Shown here one piece after another: positions 38,529-52,000 of a DNA stretch of 64,000 bases. The notes beneath the pieces were generated by a model. It ran no database searches. It worked only from the letters and a program-made list of their open reading frames with translations, and had not been told where the DNA came from. The DNA comes from Adineta vaga. Its lineage: Eukaryota > Animalia > Rotifera. The stretch covers positions 3,410,001-3,474,000 of the forward strand of contig CP075496.1 in the NCBI GenBank assembly GCA_021613535.1, read 5' to 3'. The translations under genes were made by a program, and so were the position numbers. How positions within the stretch are numbered: the stretch's first letter is position 1; each line of letters begins with the position of its first letter.

Positions 38529-39880
38529 GATTTGTTTAATCTATAAGATAGTACTAGATTTCTCTTTCTTGTTTAACACAGAAACATCTAAATAATTTTC
38601 TTTCGAATTCTCTTGATTTTTATTCCAACAAAAAGAAGAAAGAAAAGAAATATGTAGTAATAGTTCAGCACAACAAAAAAGTACGAATTAAAAAAATGAC
38701 AACAATCAATGATGGATCATGAAGCGAAAGAGACAAAAGAAAGAAAGAAAGAAAGGAACGAAAGAGAAAAACTAACGAATGTGTGTAATATGTAAAAAAA
38801 AATGAGAGAAGAAAAACAAATGAAAGTATAAGAAAGGTTCCACAAACATAGACACAAGCGTTTGGTTTATTAGTTAGAAGAAGATCTGCGCGCCAAATTG
38901 CCTGTTTTATTTGAAGGTACAAAATATGGAGAGAGCAACTCCACCGGAAAGTTGTGCTCTTTCTCAAATCATGCCGTTTGCTTTTGTTTTTTTTTCACAG
39001 TCTGATAGAATGCTGATCATGATGATAGAATAAAAAATAAATAAACAAAAAATATAATCGAATATCAAAAAACAAAACGCAGAAGAATGTGTTGATGATG
39101 AACAGGTTAAATAATGACACCAATAACAGTAACAATAACAATAATGAGAAAATGCTGCCCACTAGAGAGAAGAGAAAAAACAAAAGCTGAGATGAATGAA
39201 GAGAGAAAAATCATACAAAATAAAACTTGTGTACAAAATAAACGGGAAAAAGAACACAGAGAAACAAATAAGAAGAAAACAAAAATCATCCAATGATTGT
39301 TCTTCTTTTTTCTTCAATCAAAGAGAAAAAAAATGGTTCAAGATATTATCATTCACCAAACACAGATAATCATCTCTTAGGAAAAACAAAACACCACCAT
39401 ACAATCATATTCGACTTATAAGCCAATATATATATATATGTAGAAAGATTGCACAACAGAAAACCGAAAAAGATCAAAGATGCGCTAGATAAATTTGGCT
39501 TTTTCTAAAGTATTTATCAGAGAGAAAGAAAAAAAACACGAACAAGTACGAGATCATCCAACGACTTATCCTCCACAATGAAAGAGATGAGAAAGAAAAA
39601 GACTAACAACATTTATTCGAAACGCGTTAGGCCTTACGGAAACAAAAATCAAGAAAGAACATATGCGCAAAAAATGTTCACAAGAAGATGAAGAAGAGCA
39701 AACGAAAAAGAGAAATTTACACAAAAACAAGAGTAGAAAAATCATGTGTTACAACATAGGAAAATAAACAAAAGAGAAGAAAAAGAAAAACAATGAATGA
39801 TAATAATCAAATAACAACATTGACAAAAAAAAGGAAAGAAAACAATCGATTTTGGTCATTTAAGATAGATTTCTTTTTTT

Positions 39881-42420
39881 TTACCAACGAAATGGTAATG
39901 TACGCGGACGATCAGCGCCTTCTTTAACCAATGGTTTATGATATTCACGACCGGCACGTGCATGAATAGATGCCCAACATGTTTCACAATAATATTGTAA
40001 ACATGTAACATTAGCACAAAAAAATGGAGCAAATTTTCCACCACAACGTGCACCAGCACATTCATCGCATAATTGATCATCGAGAACATAAGGTTTAACT
40101 TCCACCTAAAAAGAACATGTCTCCGACGTAGTCATTAGAAAAGAAACATACTCGTTTGTCAATTTCTCCATGTTGTAGTTGTACGAAACGAGCGGATATC
40201 GCTGCAATATAACTTTGTTGATTTGAAAAAGCAACACGACCGGCTCCTTTCGGATATTTTAATTCAGGATCTGTGTCAATTCCAGCATAACATACACCAC
40301 CATACAATCGATCCATAATCATTGCTAATTCAACTAGTATAAATGAAATTATTTCAAAATTAAAAGAAATAAATTTGTTCAAATAAGTTCTTACCTGCTC
40401 GTAATGGTCGAGGAACACCACCGACAAAAATTGTTTTTCTTGGATCTAATGGTTGAGAACCATCCATAACAAAATCAGAATCAGCTAAAAGCCATGGACG
40501 TATTTGTACTGCTTTGTCTTTCATACTTGGACTTGAAACACACATATACAATTTGGAATCATCAATAACACATTCGTCAATTAATTCTTGTACTGAACGT
40601 TCATATGTAAATATTAGAAAAGCATAACCTTTAGGAGGAAAATAAGATTTGCTTTCTTGTTTATGTGGCCAATCAACAATTAAAGGACCGAATCGTTGAA
40701 AATGGGCAATAATTTCCTCTATAAAAACAAACAATCAATCAATCGATCGTATTTGTACGAAAAACAACAAAATTCGTTACCTTCATCAATATCCGGTGGT
40801 AAACCACCAACGAAAACTTTACGTGAAAAACGTTCTTCTTTACTCATATCAACGGGCATTGCACGTGGTGAACCAAATAAACCAGTTGATGATGATGGTC
40901 CGCCACCACCACCACCAACAGATATTAAACTTTCGGTATCAAGTATACTTCCCATTCCACTATCATCACTATAAACACGTTTGACTCCATCGGTTGTAAC
41001 ATTTCTCATCATATCCATGATTTGTTGAAATGAATTCATATCGTATGCATCAGTTGACTAGAAATGTAAATATAACACAAAAATAAGAAAAGATCAAAAA
41101 TGAAAGTCTTTTCTTACATTCATTGTTGGAAAATTTTGATCAATATCATTTCCATTGATGATATGCGGCGGCGGTGGTGGTGATTGTCCATTTTGTGTTT
41201 GAATAAAATTTGTCATGACAGGTGTACGTTGAAGTTGATTTGATAGAGATTGAATATTATTGTATTTATTTTGATTTGTTATCGTTGCTGATGATGATGG
41301 AAGAAATGGAAAGTAATTATTCTGTGTTGTTAATGATGACGGTTTTTTCGTTTGAGACATTTGATGATTACCATTACCCATCATTAATGTTTGACTTAAA
41401 TTATTTGATGAGTTATTGCCATTTCCAATTGGATTTGTTAATGATGGTACTGGACGACGAGATCTAAACAAAAGACATGTGAGTAATCGGTGAATTTGCG
41501 AAAAAACAATCAAACTTACGATGTTGCCGGAAATCCATGAGGAATAGATGTATTATTCCATGATGATGGTGATGGTGGTTGTTGTTGGATATGCGATGGT
41601 GGCATAGATAAATTCGTTTGTGGACCTTGACTATTCCATAATGGTGATGGTATAGCTGTTCGTCCATTTAATGATGGCGCTGATTGAGTTGGAGGAGCTG
41701 AAATACCATTACGAATTGATTGATTTGAAAAATTATGTGATGCTGTTATTGGTCTCCTCTGTATTGCCTATAAAGTAAAATTAATTTCATTTTTTCTTAA
41801 AAACAAGGAAATTATCCTGTTTACTTGTTGATAAGATAATTGCTGCTGCTGTTGTTGTTGTTGTTGCATGGCCATAAGTGGTGGCGGTGTTGTCGTTTGT
41901 GGTGAGAACATTCGACCCCCATCATGCATATCAAATGGATGATCACCGGAGGCACTACCCAATGGATCAGTACCATTACTCCATGGTGAACCTTGGAATG
42001 TAGACTGAAGATCAGGAAGTACACCGTTTTGATACGAATTTATTGATAATTTTCCATCATTAAGAATTCCATTTCCATTGCTATTTAATTGTTGTTGTTG
42101 TTGATGATAATGATGATGATGATGATGATCAGTACCGTTAACTGTCACTGGTGATGATGATGTTGGTGTTGTTGATGAACTATTGCTTGTATTCGCATTA
42201 AGTGCAAGTTTTGTAGTCAAGCTTTCGGTACTCATTGGATTATACGAATACCAGCTCGGTGAGAGGAAAGACCTGAAAGTATAAACAAATGTTTAAAATA
42301 GTTTTTTCAAAGAGAAAAATAATTAAAATCATGAATAATGACGATGTTATGAATGGAAAACAAATACCTGGTAGAAATCGCCGGTGCTGCGGCTGATGAA
42401 GCCGTAGCTAAGGAATACAT
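39881..42420 (-). CDS. cytoplasmic polyadenylation element-binding protein, CPEB2/3/4 (Orb2) class, multi-exon
   Basis: RRM1 FSRKVFVGGLPPDIDE, RRM2 TIFVGGVPRPL and ZZ-type zinc finger ...REYHKPLVKEGADRPR. Q/H/N-rich N-terminus. A short first exon (42420-42368) splices in frame to the ATG at 42235. Confidence 0.93.
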
Positions 42421-44186
42421 GATTATAATAAGAGATGTGATTACAAAAAACGCTTTTTTCGAAAAAGATTACTGATACAAATTGTTTTTCATTATCGACT
42501 TGACGCGCGCGTGTTGTTTTAGATTCTTAATGAATTTCTTTTGTTTTTAGGTTACTAAGAAGGTCACAAATGATTATTTTAAGCTAAAGACAAAATCTGA
42601 CAACAAAGTGAGAAATCATTTCGACCGACATATACGACGACAAATAGTAGAGAGTCTTGTGTATATGTATGTGTATGCACGCTACACAATCAGAAGAGAG
42701 TGAAAGAGAGCGATTGAACTACGACGACAACATTGTTTGCACACGCGTCTCGTCGGCGGGTTTTTTTTCCTCTTGCGAGAGTAAGAAAAAGAAGAAGAAA
42801 AAAAGATGTTCTCTATAAATGACAATAGAAGGAAAAAAGAGATTGCTTGTAGAGTGTGCACACGACATTGATGACCTACTCTCACTCACCATCTCATTTC
42901 TCTCTCTGTATATACATATATATATATATATGTAAGGATTGTATAGCAGGGAAATCAACATACTATTGCTGCTGATTGTAATATTTCTGTCTATTTTTCT
43001 ATTCGATGCTTTTCAATCAGTAACATACAATGATACTTTCTATGTGTTATTCTCTGCTTCATTTGATGCCACCATCATCAGTAGCAACGTCAATGACGTT
43101 CGTCACTATATAGAACGAGTTCTCTCTATTCGTGTCATTTACTTTCTATCTACGCTACATAAAATATTCAGAGAGAAAAAATTAATGAATAAGGATGAAT
43201 AAATGAAAGTAAAGGAAGAAGAAAAAAAAGAAATCTATTAGCTGCGAAAAAATATTGGTCAATTGTCACTTTGCTTATTGAATGTAGCAAATAGAGTAAC
43301 CATCTGTTCAATTCATACGAAAGAAAACTGATTTCCTTCTACCTATTTCAATAATTAGACATGCTGTTTTTATATTCTCATCAATATCTGAGTATAGTCA
43401 AAGGAAGGGTCAGAGTTTTTTATTAGATGTTCACAGCTGTCGCAAGAATACTCTTTTACTTAGTTACTTTCGTTCTAATTTCTAAAAATACGACTAATAA
43501 AAAAAGAATTCTTTTCACTTACCTTTAATAATTAATCAAAGATAAGACGACTAGAAAAATTGACCACAATTGATTCGATAAAATTAGTGCATAAAAATAA
43601 AAAATAAGTCAATCTAAAACACAAAATAAAAAGGCTACTGTTGGTATTTTATTATTATTATTATTATTATTTTCCGAATGAAGATCATCGATATAAAAAT
43701 CTGTCAACCATAATATTGATATAAATATCTCATAGGAAAGAAAAAAAAACGACAAGAGGAAATGAGAGTGAAAGTGAGAGGGGAAACAAAAAAAACACAT
43801 CTAAAAGTTTTTGATGATTCTAAAATATTCAACTGTTCATGTATAGTTTTTTTTTCTTTTGCAATCAGTAAAAATTCATTCCCTGATACCCGTGTATGAC
43901 TAAATTGTATAAGATAAAGATAAACAGAAAGAGAGAAAAGAGATGAAGCAGAAGCGAATCTCACTGTAATACATACAAAATATAATATATATATATAGAT
44001 ATCACTTAGGAACACAAAAAACAACAACAACAACAAAAAATGATATTTTGTTTGTTTTCTTGATCACTCCGCATTTGCACTACTAATCTACGTGAAATAT
44101 TTTAATATTAGAAGAAGAAGAAGTAGAAAGAAAAAAAAGGAAACGGAGAAGAGAGAGGCAAGTAAATATTTGTGTAATCATGACTA

Positions 44187-46333
44187 TCATCGAATATCCG
44201 TATCGAATGCATAGTGTTGCGAACGTATATATTGATAATTACTTGGTTCATTATCAATAACATTATCATAGAATGATGAAGAACGTTTTAATTTCTCATA
44301 ACCATCATCATTATCATCATGTATAAATGATGTTGTGATCATATGAGATATTTGTACATGTTCATCATCATCAATAATATCACTTTTTGAACTTATGGTA
44401 TCATCATCGTCAGCAAAATGACCTTGTCGTCTTCGATATCCACTTAAAGATTGATCCGCACTCGATAAAACTGTACAACTATCATATTCAGTTAGATATT
44501 GTTGATCATTAGTTTGAAATGGTTTTGTTAAACGTTTGATTTCCATATATTGTGTTTCAATGGATGTATCACGTAAGTTTACTATAGATGGTGAATCTTC
44601 ATCGGCTGTTGCTAATGGCGCTAGAGAAGTGACGAGAAAGGTTTCCGTTACAGGTATGGATGTACCTTTAGGCGACATTTGACTCGTAAGGAGTCGTGGT
44701 GATGTCATTGATTTATTTGGTGTTGAAATAGTCGGTTCTAAAATTGAAAAAAATCAAAAGTTGCTTTGATCTATCAACAGTAATAAGTCTATACTAATGG
44801 CTCTATTGTCCTTGTCTATCAAAACTTTCTCCATTGTCTTCAAAAAAAAAACCTTCGATAAACTTGATACATCGAATTATCAGCAGATTTTCATTCTCAA
44901 GGTCAACACATTTTCATTCGAAACAAACTTACTTGTATCATCTGAATTGGTATTCTTATTTGAATTATTATCTGTTAATTTTGTAATATCACCCATTGAA
45001 ATATTGAATGGTTTAGTTGGTATTTCATTTTCCGTTGGTGGTGGTAATAGAAGTAAATTATTCTGTTTTAATTTCTCATAACATACAATATATTCTTCAA
45101 TAATTTCATCGATCGTTAAAGATGAATTAGCAAAATTTGTACATAAATCATTTTTTAAAAATGAATTGATACTATCAAATGTTTTTAAATGCAAAAGTTT
45201 TTTTCTATGAATACGTAGAATACAAAATGCTGTTGTTAATAGAACTTGTTCACCATCTAAGACAAATATATCCCATATACGAAGTGTCAAAGGAAATGGT
45301 AAACAATCTAAATAAATAAACCAATCAATTTCTGAAAATAAACAACCATTGAAATTATTCATCACATACCAAGATAACAAAGCATAAACCAACGAATAGT
45401 ATACAAATCACTTTGGACTTGATAGGTATGAAAATGTTTGTAAACTTTTGGTAACATTTTTTTCATAATTTTTTCGAATTGTGCTTGAAAACGAAATAAT
45501 TTTGGAAATCCTGGACAAAAAAATCCATGCATCATCCAACGTGATCCCGTCATTAATTGACAAAATGCCCAGAAAGCTTCCTCTTCCGGTAAATAAAAAA
45601 GTAAGAAAGCAACAATTTGATTCATTCCTTGTGTATAACCAATTTCTGTGTTATATACACTAGAAAAACACACACACACAAATGAAAACATGATGTTTGA
45701 ATTGAAATCAACATACCTATATGCAGCCAATATGGAAAATAAATGTTTTTGTCTAATACAATAACGATTGCAAAACATTTGATGATTTCTATATGTACGA
45801 TGAACATCCAAATCAATCTGACTTAAATATGTTGATGTCAATCGAGCTTTTCGCTTTAAAATTTCATAATAACCTTTGTTAACACGTAATTGTTCATCAA
45901 GATCAAATAACCGGGACCAAAATGCACCACGTAATGTGCTTGGTAAACCTTTATACATTCGTCTTCGTAATTGTTCATTGTCTCGTGTGATTGTATGACT
46001 TGATTTTCTTAACATTTTATTCCAACGTTCACTACGTTTAATTTCTTGTTGAATTTGTTTCTTTTCATTGATTGTTAAGGATTTTGTTGGTTGATCATGT
46101 ATAAAACCGTAATGATCGATCGCATTTGGATCAGTTGTTGAAAGACGTGGTGATTGTAAATGACTCGGATCAGGAATTAAATCAGGTAATTTACCTTCAT
46201 GTTCATAAAGAAGAAAAAGTTTTTCACGTTCATCTAATTGTTTCTTAGGTATTTTATCAACATGTGTTAAGACAGGTGTGGATGGTGGTAATGGTAAAGG
46301 TGGTGGATTACTTGTTATTGATGACTGTTTCAT
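44187..46333 (-). CDS. USP6NL: TBC-domain RabGAP, USP6NL/RN-tre-like
   Basis: YKGLP...QIDLDVHRTYRNH (Arg finger), GYTQGM (Gln finger), EEAFWAF...MHGFFCPGFPKL, LTLRIWDIF. Confidence 0.8.
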
Positions 46334-46377
46334 TCAAATCTACAAGAAAGAAGAAATATTTATTTAATATCTGACAA

Positions 46378-46405
46378 ATGAATGAGTGAATGAATGAATG
46401 AATGA
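46378..46405. repeat. (GAAT)n microsatellite inside the 85-bp POLE4-USP6NL spacer
   Basis: atgaatgagtgaatgaatgaatgaatgaa. Confidence 0.7.
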
Positions 46406-46418
46406 ACAAAGAATGTTT

Positions 46419-46703
46419 TTAATCAAATGAACCATCAAGAAATTCATAGATTGTATTTGTATTTATTGAACTAAAGATATGTAAACGATCTAACCGTTTT
46501 GATGCACATTGTTTCATTGAATTATGAGCATCTCGTGTTAACATTCGAATAAATTCTTCTGTTGCTAATGTTAATAAATAGACACTATCTTGACTAATCA
46601 TTCGTGTATTATTATCAAGTTTAATGATGGATTTAACTTTTGTTAATGGTAATTGATATGAACGTGCTGAAGATAACTTCGTTTGATCCGTTGATGAAGC
46701 CAT
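46419..46703 (-). CDS. POLE4: histone-fold protein, DNA polymerase epsilon subunit 4-like
   Basis: QLPLTKVKSIIKLD...LATEEFI...YEFLDGSFD*. The short C-terminus fits POLE4 better than CHRAC1. Confidence 0.75.
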   Translation of the reverse strand: MASSTDQTKLSSARSYQLPLTKVKSIIKLDNNTRMISQDSVYLLTLATEEFIRMLTRDAHNSMKQCASKRLDRLHIFSSINTNTIYEFLDGSFD

Positions 46704-47558
46704 TTATTCTATTAACAAAAGAATTAATAATAATAAACAATTCTTTTTTTCTTGTTGTTGTTGTTCGTTCAATTGACGAATGAGAAATTAATAAAAACTT
46801 TTAGAAAAAAAAATATATTTTACCGATTTTCAAACGATTTCTTTTGGAATTTTATTCCAGAAAAAAATCATTTGAATAAAAAATTTTCGTTCGTAGATGT
46901 CAGTAGAATTGATAGAAGATTGGTGGAAAAAGATATATTTTCTCAACAATTTCTTTTGCTCGTGTGGGATGATGATATCATGAAACATAACACAATAGTT
47001 GTCAATCCTCATCATTATTTATTAAATCGAATAAAACTTTTCGGAAGATTCTCAATCACTATTGAACTAATCGAGTTAGATTGTCTAGTATCGGTAAGAT
47101 GTAATAAAGGTGTGAAAGAGTACACATGCTTGCTTGCTTTTTTTTTCTTTTGAACAAAGAAATGAAGTCTGAAAAGTCGGTGTAAAACATCGACGACATA
47201 TGGCTGATTTTGCCTCTATCATTACATTGTCTGAGAAAGAATCGCTTGTAGGAAGAGAAGTTCTGTTTTCTTTATAAGATTAGCGAGATTTTAGTCGTAA
47301 AAGGAGTTTTTCAATCGAAAAGATTTTGATTGATCATTAAAAAGAGAAAGAATTCGAGGTGAAAATTATATATATTTTTGTTATTTTTATCGAAGTTCAA
47401 TTAAAAAGAAAAACTTATTTCCTTTCTTTTCGCATAGAAATTCTACTTGAGACATAAAGAAAACTGAGTACTTCCTGGCCGCTTTGATTTAAAAAAGAAC
47501 GAAGTCAATTGATATTTGAGAAGTAAATTTCTCACATGATTTCATCTATTCTTCAGAT

Positions 47559-48689
47559 ATGTCTTGTTTACTATTAACGTCAAATAGATCCTATTTCAAA
47601 TTTCCTTTATATACAATCTATCGTCATCTATCAATCAACGAACGTTTTAATCATGATTATATATTAATCCCAAAACCTCAATCCAATCTTGGGTGCAATT
47701 CAAATCAACAAAATGAAATGACAATTTTTAAAATGAATTATATACAAAAACGTTTCGTCACATTACATGTACCAGGAACGGATGAAAGACCACCATCAAA
47801 AAAATTTGACCTCAAAACTCCATTTCGATTTCCGCCCGGTAATCCAAATGATAAACCCAAACTAGAACATTTACGTTTTGTTGAAGATCAATTAAAACAA
47901 ATTGTAAATTATTCATCTCATTCTCTTCTTTATAGAATATTTTTCTTGTCTTTCAGTTACCAGATTTTTGTAAACGAATGCATCCATATGCTTTATATAC
48001 AGCTGATCTTGTATTTGAAAATTATTATGATCATCCACCCAAAATTATCAAGTAGGCAATGTATGTGTGATTGAAAATAGATAGACATAGTAGAGAAATA
48101 AGAAATGAAATTTTGAAATCGAAAGAAACTGATGAATATCTATTTTCAAGCATGAGAATCTTGTCGTGTGTTTTGTTGACGATTTTAACTTGGAATTTTG
48201 ATTATAGAGGAGCAGGAGGTTATGCCTTGGCTTTATTTTGGATTCGGATGAAATTAAACTTTACATTAATGAATGTAACTGTTCATTTATTAAAAACAAC
48301 GGTTGATGAAGAGTCAAATTGTGTTAAAGTACGATGGCGAGTATCTGGTTTATCAAATAAATCATTTGTTGGAGTTCTAAAAGGTTGGAGGAAACCAAGA
48401 GATGTAGCTGGAAATATTCGTGATTATATTGAGTATGTATCTCAACTTAAAAAAAAAAAACAATAACAAAATGTTCACTTTTTCAGACATATTGATGGAC
48501 TCTCAACATTCTATGTTCGAGGTGATGGTCGAATTTACAAACATCGTGTTGATCGAGTAATATTTCATTTTTCGTCAGATATTCTTATTTGGTTTTTCTT
48601 TATAGATAATGGTTGATGAAGATAAAGAATTGGCATCAACAGCAATGAATAAGAAGAAACTGCCTGCAACAGCATCTGCGTCTTCCTAG
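47559..48689 (+). CDS. C6orf136-like (DUF2358) protein, probable mitochondrial presequence, multi-exon
   Basis: LPDF...HPYALYTADLVFEN, VKVRWRVSGL, DGLSTFYVRGDGRIYKHRVDR. Confidence 0.75.
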
Positions 48690-49004
48690 TAGAATTTAGC
48701 ATTGTGTTTTTATATCTTTGTTTTATTTATTGATAAAGAAGAAAAAACATGAAATAATCATCACGTAGTGATATATATATATGAGAAATAAACATCGTAT
48801 CTTCTTTTTCATTTCTAGATTTATTTATAATTTTGTTCTTGAAACAAAGTAGGTGAAATATACATCTTAATTTTCGCAGGAAATTATTGTTTTTCTTTTG
48901 CTCGCGATATAATTGCATATTCGGAGTTATTTTTCTCGTTTGATTTTATTCGAATCTTTCTTTTTTTCTTAAAATTAAGAAATAGAAAAGAAAACTATAC
49001 ATCT

Positions 49005-52000
49005 ATGGCTACAAATCGTGCACGAGACGCTGCACGGCATTTAAAAGATGATATTAAAAATAGTATGCGTATATCATCTCGATCAAAAGAACGATCTGCC
49101 AATGATCTACACGCATCAATGATGACTAGTGGTATGAACTTATTTTATTCTAATTACTAACAAATCATCCATGCTTAACTTAACTCGTTTTCTTATCAAC
49201 ATATAACAGTTTAATATCCATCGCTTTCGATTTCTTATCGTGACCTTTTTAATCTTGGACATGATTTTATTTCTCTAACGAAATAAGGAAGAAAGAGAAT
49301 GAAAAAAAAATTATTCTCCTTTTCTTTTCTTTCGAATCTGTCTTCTTGCTAACATTGCTTATTGTTCGACTTACTTACATGTAATGTGTACAGGAGTGGT
49401 TCTGTTTTTTTTCTTCTTCTCTCTCTTTATATTTCTTTTTTGATTTCCTCGTGCTTTTCGTTGCTCCATTCGTTCTTTTCTTTTTCAATAATCATCTGAT
49501 AAACATGCCACATCGTATACGCAAAATCGTCTCGAGATGTCGACCAATACTTACTGGATCACATCGAAAGCGATATTCACATGATGCTATTCTTCATTGT
49601 ACGTCGTCAAGTATCTTTTTCCTTCTTCTAATCCTATTCGGCATTTCAATTGTCTATCAAAAGAAATGTGTTAGACTATTTTCGACATAGCAATTCAACC
49701 ATAATGTATTTGATAACAATAACTGTAACGACAAAAACAACAATTATAGATAGATAGTACGAAGACAAATTTGTTTCGCTCAATAACTGCGAGAAAATCA
49801 TGATTATATAGTATAAACACCAGCTGCTCGAATGCATGTGTCACTAGTTTGTTAACTAAAAACAAAATGATTTTCTATTAGTTTTTTTTTCATACTTCTT
49901 TCTTGTTTTCTTAGACACAGTCAGCGATAGCAGTGCTTCATTACAAGTTTCTAATCGTACTAAACAATCGAATAATTCGAGTGCAACAATTTCATCATTA
50001 ACAGGATTACCTACTGCTCCTCGCTCAACAGCTGATAATTTGATAAGAATAGACACTAGTAAATACAAATATACATCACAAATTTCAATGAAGATCTTCT
50101 TTTTTTGTTCGAATAGATACTCGGCCACAAACTGCTTCAACATATGGTTCAACTTCATCTATGCAAAATTTAACTAATTCAGCGAACGTGAATTCCACTA
50201 GTACTGGTATTCTACAACCTAATGCACTTTCTCAACAACCATTAAATATGCAATCAACAACACCATCGGTTGCCAATGGAAGAGATGAACTACGTGGTTG
50301 GCTATATAAATGGACAAATGTATTCTTCATTTGTTTTTGTCAATCTAAATCGATTTACTTTTCTTGTGTTGTTTTTTTTTCTAGTATTTAAAAGGTTATC
50401 AAAAACGTTGGTTTGTTTTACAAGCTGGTATTCTATCGTATTATCGTTCGCAAGATGAAATGACACATACATGTCGTGGTACAATTTATCTTGAATCCGC
50501 ACATTTATCATCAAATGATGCCTGCCATTTTGTTATTTCAAACGGTTCAACTGTTATACATTTACGAACATCGACAGAAGCTGATAAACAACGTTGGATG
50601 AATGCCATTAGAAACAGCACGACAAAAAGCATTAAAAATTCGCAAACAATATCATGATTCTGATGAAGAAGCGTCAACAACGGATGAATTTAATGAACAA
50701 CAACGAAATTCAAGTCAACAATCGATGAATTTCAATGATACGAATAAAACATCACCAAATATTACGGAACGTGATGAATTAACAACAATGAATAAAACAT
50801 TTGATGCGAAATTAGATGATCTTAATATGTGTATGGATTTGATTAATCGTCATTATCAAGCACTTTGTCGCACACTTGTTGATCTTGAACAAGTTGATAA
50901 AACAGAAGCAACAACAAATATTATCAAGAGTGTTAACGAACGTGCAACATTATTTCGAATTACATCAACAGGTAAATTAGATGCACCTATATTTCCCATT
51001 AGAACAAAAAAGAAAAGATCAATAAGGTGTATAAATATGTTTTATTGTTTGCATTTGTTCGAATAACAAAAGAAATGTTTTTATTAGTAAGAGGTTTCGA
51101 CGCCGTTTCCTTTCCGATTGTTCACTATTACAGCCATGATTTTTATGAAATGACCAGGTTCATATGACAAGTTTAATCAGCTCTGATATGTTTTTTTCTA
51201 GCTATGCTCAATGCTTGCCAAGAACTTGTTCAGTTAATTCAAGGTCAAGGTCGTAAATGGCAAAAAGCTGTTCAATTTGAACGCGATGCACGTTTACGTA
51301 TGGAACGTATGTGTGAACAAGTTGCGATTCAAAGTGTTAAATTAGAGAAAAGAGTTCAACGTGCATCACGTTCTGATAAACAAAGTCTTATGCCTGGTCG
51401 TTCAACATTAACAACATTGAAATCTTCTGATTTACGTGGAACAACTGACGGCGCAAATTTATCGGATGATGAAGAGTTTTATGATGCAATTGATGATCCA
51501 CAAACCATTGGTGTTTTTCGTATTCCGTATGTGATTTTTTTTCTATGAATTTTCTTAGAAAAATATTTTTCTCATTATCAGACTTCAACCTCACGTATCA
51601 AATAATGATAAACAATCACCAAATTTTGTTGCTGATGATGTTAGCTCATGTAATGAAGATGATAGTGAATCGGAAGAACAAGATGAAAATAATTTACCAA
51701 TGGTTATAGTCAAAGGTATTGAAAAATAAATTTATTTAAATTATCATTCATCTGATTATATCTGTATTGTATTTTTCTTTAGCAACAAAGAAGGAAGAAG
51801 CAACAAATAATGCTGCATTAACTGCTGAAACAACTGCTACTTCAACAGCGCAAAAAGCGGCTAGTAACAGTCAACAACAAGTAGCAATACCGAAACGTAA
51901 ACGTCGTGATCGTATTCCCGAACGACCAAATTACAGGTAGGAATATTCTTGTTCTATATTTCAATCATATTTATAGTAAATTTTAGTGTTAATCTATGGA

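Noticed and set aside
38665-39296. Several Phe/Leu-rich or Lys-rich short ORFs
   Set aside because: Translations of low-complexity U-rich CPEB 3' sequence.
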